Source: an uncultured Bacilli bacterium (lineage in GTDB: Bacteria > Bacillota_I > Bacilli_A > RF39 > UBA660). From it: 49,395 nt of DNA. The first letter of the stretch is position 1; every line of letters begins with the position of its first letter. The position numbers and the translations under genes are program-made. Under the pieces are notes generated by a model. The model was not told the origin of the DNA, searched no databases, and saw nothing but the letters and a program-made list of their open reading frames with translations. This document shows positions 44,801 to 49,395 of the stretch, piece after piece. The stretch spans positions 1 through 49,395 of the forward strand of contig CALVSC010000002.1 of the NCBI GenBank assembly GCA_944358855.1, written 5' to 3'.

Positions 44801-46621
44801 TCTTACTCTAGTAACTCTTGCATACATTTCATCTATTCTTTGAATAGCGTCGGCATTTTCTGGATTGTTTTCTCTAACTAATTCTGCTCTTGTGTTTCTT
44901 AATCTTTCATTAAGCTCTTCATGAGAAATTGAAAATGGATTGAAGTTTTCGTCTAGTACATTTATTGGTTGTGCTTCTGGCTCTTCCATATTAACATTAT
45001 CTTCTGTAATTATTGGAACTGTATCTCTTAATTCTTCATAAGTCATTCCTGGATAATAACCTGCATCTGCTATTCTTCTAGCATATTGACCTCTTAAAAA
45101 CTCATTGTATTGTTCTATATCCTCTAAGTAAGCTTGCCTTCTTGGCATTGGAATTAATGTGTTTGCGAAATATACAACATTTCCATTTTCATCGTGTTCA
45201 TAGGTTGGATCATATCTTTCTTGTGCTCTTACTCTTGCGACTCTTGAATATAATTCACTTAATCTTTGTAAAGTGGCGTTATCTGGATTTCCATTTCCAA
45301 TTAAACGATTTCTTTCTTCTGTTAATCTTCTGCTAAACTCATTGAAGTCTATAGAATATGGATTGAATTCTTCATCCAGTATACTTTCTTCACGTTGCGT
45401 ATTTTCTCTGCCACGTAGATAGCCAATACTTTCAATTCTTCTGCCATATTCATTTACTAAAAATGAGTTGTATTGTTCCATATCTTCTAATGGTGCTTGA
45501 TTTCTTGGACGTGGAACATAAGAATTATCATAATATACAACTTCACCATTATCATCATGTAAATATGTTGGATCGTGTTTTTCTTGTTCTCTTATTCTCG
45601 TTACTTGCATATATAAGTCATCCATTGCTTGTAATCGAGCAGTATCTTCAGGAGTCGTTGCTAGTAATTGTCTTCTTTCCTCTGCAATTCTTAAAACAAA
45701 GTCAGCATAACTTATCGTTAGTGGATTGAAATCTTCATCTAATACACTAGATTGTTGTTCTTGCGTTGTTGTTTGAGTATCATCTCCTTGGGTATTATTA
45801 TCTGTTTGCGTTGTAGATATATTTTGTGTTTGTTGATTAGTTTCTTCATTTTCATCTTGCGTTTCTTCTACATTTTCTTCTTCTGTTTCATTCTCATTAT
45901 CTTCTGTATCTTCATCCCCTGTTCCTTCTACTGGATTAGGAGGTAACGCTGTTGCTTGTCCTAATGCATCTCTTTGTTCGTCTGTTAGAGAATCACGTAG
46001 TCTTTTTACTATTTCTTCTTGATATTCTCTTTCATCTTCTGTTGAATTTTCATCTGATAACCCTCTTAATCTTTCAGTTTCTCTAATTGTGCTTGTATAA
46101 AGCCTGTTTCTTAATCTTTCTAAGTTATGTTCTTCGTTAGCAAGGGTCCTGTTTATTTCATCTTGTCTTCTAGCATATTCTGTTGCGAGTGTTGTTAATC
46201 GGTTATTATTCAACTCCTCTAAATCTTCCCTTAATGAGGCTATTCTATCTTCTGTTCTCGTTAGTTCTTCTTGAGCAAAATTATCAACTTCTCTTTGCAT
46301 TTCTAGTGGTAAAGAAGCAAATCTTCTATCGTTTTCCTCTTCTCTTGCGCTACGTTCTTCTCTCATTTTTACTAAATCATCATCATCTCTTTCACGAGTG
46401 GTTTCTAGTTGTCTTAAGGCGTTAGCATTCGAAGAGATTGCTCTTAAGTTTGCTAATTGGTTTTCTAATTCTACTCTTCTTTGTTCTAGAGAAAAACGTC
46501 TATTATTTACTGTGTCATCCATTTCATCTGCTGTTTCTAAGTTGGCTAAATCTTCGTTAATAGGTGATAATCTTGTTTCTATTTCCGACATTAATCGATT
46601 TATCAATTCTTCACTATTCAT
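41840..46621 (-). CDS. 1593-aa repeat-rich protein: N-terminal coiled coil, acidic linker, four 120-140-aa repeats, GLPAGREPL x3, (PTNTD)x21, two TM helices and an A/Q-rich C-terminal domain
   Basis: Single uninterrupted ORF. ATG at 46621 lies 8 nt after AAGGAG, which overlaps the stop of the upstream DUF1292 gene. The ORF-track start at 46630 is GTG. Confidence 0.8.
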   Translation of the reverse strand: MNSEELINRLMSEIETRLSPINEDLANLETADEMDDTVNNRRFSLEQRRVELENQLANLRAISSNANALRQLETTRERDDDDLVKMREERSAREEENDRRFASLPLEMQREVDNFAQEELTRTEDRIASLREDLEELNNNRLTTLATEYARRQDEINRTLANEEHNLERLRNRLYTSTIRETERLRGLSDENSTEDEREYQEEIVKRLRDSLTDEQRDALGQATALPPNPVEGTGDEDTEDNENETEEENVEETQDENEETNQQTQNISTTQTDNNTQGDDTQTTTQEQQSSVLDEDFNPLTISYADFVLRIAEERRQLLATTPEDTARLQAMDDLYMQVTRIREQEKHDPTYLHDDNGEVVYYDNSYVPRPRNQAPLEDMEQYNSFLVNEYGRRIESIGYLRGRENTQREESILDEEFNPYSIDFNEFSRRLTEERNRLIGNGNPDNATLQRLSELYSRVARVRAQERYDPTYEHDENGNVVYFANTLIPMPRRQAYLEDIEQYNEFLRGQYARRIADAGYYPGMTYEELRDTVPIITEDNVNMEEPEAQPINVLDENFNPFSISHEELNERLRNTRAELVRENNPENADAIQRIDEMYARVTRVRSQERYDPTYEHDENGNVVYYENTFVPMPRRQAYLEDPEQYEAFVNGEYTRRIANAGYYPGMTYDDLLQMRESQESILDENFNPFSMSLEDFTNRYGMERQRVITENREDNALVLQRMDDMYRRVRRAREQERYDPTYEHDENGNVVYYPNSFIPRPRSQGVLEEPEQYHDFLINEYGRRLADVGYYNEAGNRNNLGTADTQTDDHSYELHYGAQTRPGLPAGREPLGLPAGREPLGLPAGHTPTNTDPTNTDPTNTDPTNTEPTNTDPTNTEPTNTDPTNTDPTNTDPTNTDPTNTDPTNTDPTNTDPTNTEPTNADPTNTDPTNMEPTNTDPANTDPTNMGPTNPEEEDKEPKQLPPGEENKEPKVKFQPTKVRSLETILADIKQDENGNPLNFDDRTGKALKASRIRVRDSFRNELRNGSWLYAIVGFVPGIIKGVVSTIGKGIGKIYLRIKGQSDVGEQIRERIRNLSDRDIEVLFQQYRGNVALQRNESQVVNDAIMEVLREKGMERVEANRNRMLAMYKSIFNRYKTAQSYDDAIDHATTDDEKEKLTKQKRDALAGTTGLIAEFSNLENRTNAILSDGIHGQEEDLNAVNSKMNLQGIRFAKRPKNSKETLELDRKLGILADIELRAIQTGNDEQALTAFVAKALEYARNTEEGRSVFGRRSTGRFNFTPLSTMLDYRPDPFVRNLLTTIATVGATVSAVNAWHTHSNVQQTVDAHNDQIANANATNQGAIDQAHTTGEQIAGYRETFGEGMKAQAQEDIIGRINTNERYGLDSSAEQYGGWAIGSDTYRQIDDAGHAAAEQMQQQAQSQLTDIANQCAAGTMTHAQALQQLSDLANSTQQSFNDLLSQSLPVLEQYIPGHPQFELDGLSQAMQYMVQNPDVIQQMNQGMVDVTNLGDSLAGLTAEQVQALGNLPSDLATTLFGAASAAALAARVSSEMHHNQTAYADDRNRELRDMVIDFDEAQRERENTDTNSRQRAA
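43766..44080. repeat. 21 tandem copies of a 15-bp unit (plus-strand consensus ATTTGTTGGATCCGT), encoding (PTNTD/E)n
   Basis: Read directly from the sequence: 315 bp = 21 x 15, with point variants (T/G, C/T). Confidence 0.95.
44082..44152. repeat. 2.6 tandem copies of a 27-bp unit encoding GLPAGREPL
   Basis: CCAGCAGGAAGTCCTAACGGTTCTCTT, then CCAGCAGGAAGCCCTAATGGTTCTCTT, then a partial third copy. Confidence 0.9.
44245..45745. repeat. Four long in-frame repeats (363-423 bp) within the giant gene
   Basis: Repeat starts on the minus strand are at 45745, 45382, 44959 and 44575. Each begins (V/I)LDE(D/E/N)FNP and contains YDPTYEHDENGNVVYY. Copies 2-4 share long identical DNA stretches. Confidence 0.9.
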
Positions 46622-46633
46622 CTTTCTCACTCC

Positions 46634-46888
46634 TTACCCTGCAATTTGTTGTAATACATCCTGAACCATTTCAAGTTCTCTAGGATCTGTAATATCTTCT
46701 AATTTATTATCTTCTGTTATACTGTTTACATAAATCATTTTTCTTCCACTCTTAGTTGTACTATTATCGGTATATCCTACATATTTTTTGTTTAACTCAT
46801 CATTTTCAAAAGTAAACAGGATTTCACAGTCTATTGTTTGACCATTCTTTTCAATTGTAATATGTCCTAATTCATCAACAATTTCCAT
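46634..46888 (-). CDS. DUF1292 (UPF0473) family small acidic protein
   Basis: 84 aa. The DELGH...CEILFTFENDELNKKYVGYTD pattern is typical of DUF1292. Confidence 0.7.
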   Translation of the reverse strand: MEIVDELGHITIEKNGQTIDCEILFTFENDELNKKYVGYTDNSTTKSGRKMIYVNSITEDNKLEDITDPRELEMVQDVLQQIAG

Positions 46889-46897
46889 AATACCCTC

Positions 46898-47476
46898 CTA
46901 GTCTTCATTCTCAAATTTTACATTTACTAATTCTTTATCTGTAGGATTTTGTCTTTGTGTAATTTTCAATGTATAATTTATCTCTTCTTTTTTATCTTTA
47001 CCAAGTCTTTGTTTTGATAAAATGTTTTTACCATTTAATAATTCATAGTTTTCATTACTACTATATAATTCAACATCAACTTTAGCATCAGATGAAATAC
47101 TAATTTGATAATTCATTACTTCTTTATTTACTTCATCTTTTAAATAGTTTGTTGCTTCAATACGATATTCTTTACTTTCGTTTTTTCCCACATCACTCAT
47201 ATCGATATCTACACTAATTCCTTTATTTAACTCTTCTTTTGTTATTGGAATTGATAAATCTGCTTGATTATTTTTTGCATCATTACTTTGTGTAATCATT
47301 AAGGTTGCTAAAACAAAAACTACAACACATAGTATTAAAAATACTACCAATAATATTTTTGTTGTTAAATCTTTCTTTTCACTTTTCTTATTTTTTCTTT
47401 TTGTATTCTTTGTTTTTACAACTTCTTCCTTTTTTTCTTTTGTTTTTCTTACCGCTTTTTTCTTTGTATTTGCCAT
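46898..47476 (-). CDS. Hypothetical membrane-anchored extracytoplasmic protein
   Basis: A lysine-rich N-terminus and one TM (ILLVVFLILCVVVFVLATLMI) are followed by a beta-rich domain. Confidence 0.55.
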   Translation of the reverse strand: MANTKKKAVRKTKEKKEEVVKTKNTKRKNKKSEKKDLTTKILLVVFLILCVVVFVLATLMITQSNDAKNNQADLSIPITKEELNKGISVDIDMSDVGKNESKEYRIEATNYLKDEVNKEVMNYQISISSDAKVDVELYSSNENYELLNGKNILSKQRLGKDKKEEINYTLKITQRQNPTDKELVNVKFENED

Positions 47477-47485
47477 ATTCTTACC

Positions 47486-47932
47486 CTAATACCTTTCTCC
47501 ATCATAATTTATAAACAAATCTTTACATGATTTATTTTCTAGTTTTATTTCCTTTAATAAATCGTTGTTGCCTTTAATAAATTCATAAATATCATCATCT
47601 TTGAAACCTATTTCTTTCGCATCTTTTCTCGTAGAGCCATAATATATTGTCTTTATATTGGCCCAGATTATTGCCGATAGGCACATAGGACAAGGCTCAC
47701 AAGTTGTGTATAAAACACATCCTGTTAAGTCTTTAGTATCCAACTTTTTACAAGCCTCTCTAATTGCCATTATCTCTGCATGGGCAGTTGGATCTTTATC
47801 TCGCAGAACTCTATTATGTCCTCTAGCAACAATTTTTCCTTCTGTATTTATGATAATCGCTCCAAAGGGGCCTCCATCTTTATTTTTTACTCCTTCTAAG
47901 GCCTCTTTCACCGCCTCTTCTAACATTTCCAT
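47486..47932 (-). CDS. guaD: Guanine deaminase (CDA-fold, GuaD type)
   Basis: GGPFGAIIIN...DPTAHAEIMAIREAC...CEPCPMCLSAI...FKDDDIYEF closely parallels B. subtilis GuaD rather than TadA. Confidence 0.75.
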   Translation of the reverse strand: MEMLEEAVKEALEGVKNKDGGPFGAIIINTEGKIVARGHNRVLRDKDPTAHAEIMAIREACKKLDTKDLTGCVLYTTCEPCPMCLSAIIWANIKTIYYGSTRKDAKEIGFKDDDIYEFIKGNNDLLKEIKLENKSCKDLFINYDGERY

Positions 47933-47948
47933 TTTATCATCTCCATCA

Positions 47949-49265
47949 TCAACTTAATAATGTCATTATAACTGTTGTCATCTTTTGTGCTAATAAATCA
48001 TCTATAGAATTATCTAGACTACTAGCTAGAGTGGAAGTCGATGTATCTTCTGTTATCTTTGTATCATTTGAGGTTTTTTGTTCTAATACAACAAGTCCAT
48101 CTATTAGAGTTGTTTCGTTACTCGTAACTTTCATAGAAATTGATGTTGTACTATCGTATGATTTACCTACTTTTAAATTTGTTAATTGATGATTATAACC
48201 AATAGAATACGATGTATCTTCTATATTAATTTCAGCTAAAACATCATAATTTGTATCTGTCTGGGTAATTGTAATATTACCAATATTTTCATCATCTTCG
48301 TTCGTTATTTCAATTTCTGTTCTTTTATCATTTTTTTGCACTATAAAGTTAACTGCTTGTTCTTTTGTTTTATAAGTATATATTTCTCTATTATTTTCTT
48401 TTGTATAAGTATAAGTGTTGTCTTTATTATTAATCTCTACTTTGTTTACCTGTGAAAATACTTTGTCTACATAAATATTTACTGTTATTGTTTTTGTACC
48501 TTTTATGTCTTCTTGTGTTATTTTCATTTTTTCAAAATCAGGATTATAACCCGTTAATATTGTGTTTGCTCGATCATCATTTTTTAAATCTTTTAATATT
48601 TTATTTTCTAGTGTTAATAAATCTTTTTCCGTAAGTGTTATGGTAATTATTTTATGTGATGTGTCATAGGAAGTAGAAATTGTATTTTCGTCAATGTTAT
48701 TGGAAGTTATTTCTGCAAGTCTCGTTAATAAATATTCAATGTTTTCTTTAGAAGTTGTTGTTGATAAAGACTCAAAATAGTTATTATTGCCATTGTTTAT
48801 ATAAGTTGGAGTGATACCTTCTATATAGTAATATTCTGTTGCATTATCAATTAAGTGTTTTGCATTTAATAATGGTGTATCTTTTAATTTTGTATCGATA
48901 TGAATTAGTCGTTTTTGATTTTTCTTATCATGTATTATCGTATAATCTGTTTCCGTATTTGATAAGTTTTCTAATACTTTAGATATCGATTGGTATTCTT
49001 CATTCATCGTGGATAATCCAGTATAATAATCACTTTTTAAATCTATTCTTAATTTGCCTTCTTTTTTGTAGTTTTCTGTTAATCCAGTTTCTTGTTGTTT
49101 GTTATACATTTCAATTGCATTAGTAGAAGCTGTTTTTAAAGTGTTTTCTATTACATATTTAGGAGATGTTAAAAAAGTTAATAGACCACCTAGTACTAGA
49201 CATATAATGGCGATGAAGAATAAAAATTTGATTAAGCCTTTTCCTTTTTTTTCTTTTCTTTCCAC
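47949..49265 (-). CDS. Hypothetical membrane-anchored extracytoplasmic protein (T/N/D-rich)
   Basis: Start assigned to GTG 49265, 8 nt after AGGAG, giving (M)ERKEKKGKG plus a TM. The ORF-track TTG start at 49328 lies inside a terminator hairpin. Confidence 0.5.
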   Translation of the reverse strand: MERKEKKGKGLIKFLFFIAIICLVLGGLLTFLTSPKYVIENTLKTASTNAIEMYNKQQETGLTENYKKEGKLRIDLKSDYYTGLSTMNEEYQSISKVLENLSNTETDYTIIHDKKNQKRLIHIDTKLKDTPLLNAKHLIDNATEYYYIEGITPTYINNGNNNYFESLSTTTSKENIEYLLTRLAEITSNNIDENTISTSYDTSHKIITITLTEKDLLTLENKILKDLKNDDRANTILTGYNPDFEKMKITQEDIKGTKTITVNIYVDKVFSQVNKVEINNKDNTYTYTKENNREIYTYKTKEQAVNFIVQKNDKRTEIEITNEDDENIGNITITQTDTNYDVLAEINIEDTSYSIGYNHQLTNLKVGKSYDSTTSISMKVTSNETTLIDGLVVLEQKTSNDTKITEDTSTSTLASSLDNSIDDLLAQKMTTVIMTLLS

Positions 49266-49315
49266 AACACTCACTCCTATTATTACCATTATAACAAAAG
49301 CAAAGTATTTTGTCG

Positions 49316-49345
49316 ATAAAAAAAACAACTATTAACAGTTGTTTT
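49316..49345 (-). terminator. Intrinsic terminator for the gene lying beyond the right edge
   Basis: AAAACAACT-ATTAAC-AGTTGTTTT (9-bp stem) followed by T8 on the minus strand. Confidence 0.6.
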
Positions 49346-49395
49346 ATGGTGTTTTTATTCCTTTAAGGGTTCCGTCTGATAAACAATAAGTATAT

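Noticed and set aside
49266-49328. The TTG-initiated N-terminal extension of the 459-aa ORF.
   Set aside because: The TTG lies inside the upstream terminator hairpin and has no SD. An internal GTG at 49265 with an AGGAG SD gives a typical basic N-terminus plus a TM.

Overview
AT-rich chromosomal segment of a low-GC Gram-positive bacterium (Bacillota; Erysipelotrichia- or Clostridia-like is a guess from gene content). Almost every gene is on the minus strand; only pyrH is on plus. The core genes are the rplU-prp-(rpmA) ribosomal operon with an L21-type leader, pyrH, addAB, yceD-rpmF, a NatAB-like ABC exporter, an M18 aminopeptidase, a ZIP-sufC-sufBD-tetR operon, a dcw-like cell-wall cluster (class B PBP, mraY, ftsW/spoVE), a MYG1 hydrolase and guaD.

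The main finding is that the class B PBP gene is split into a 5' segment (38920..40176) and a 3' segment (27516..28190). A 10,756-bp element separates them, bounded by a 10-bp direct repeat (ACTTGTTGTA), with a large serine recombinase at one end. Removing the element in silico restores a 635-codon in-frame PBP ORF. The element ends together form a symmetric attP-like site, and the recombinase ORF reads across the junction, so integration changes its C-terminus.

The element has no phage structural genes. It carries:
- a complete acetate kinase;
- a 752-aa HExxH protein;
- a CnaB-repeat surface protein;
- an AbiEi/AbiEii toxin-antitoxin pair;
- an uncharacterised DUF4365 nuclease-like gene plus a 205-aa partner, which I rank as the best candidate for an undescribed defence module.

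Other oddities are an L32 with an L27-like Prp-cleavable propeptide, a 1593-aa repeat-rich membrane protein with 21 tandem 15-bp repeats, and an overlapping 310/608-aa gene pair with a HigB/Gp49-like domain.
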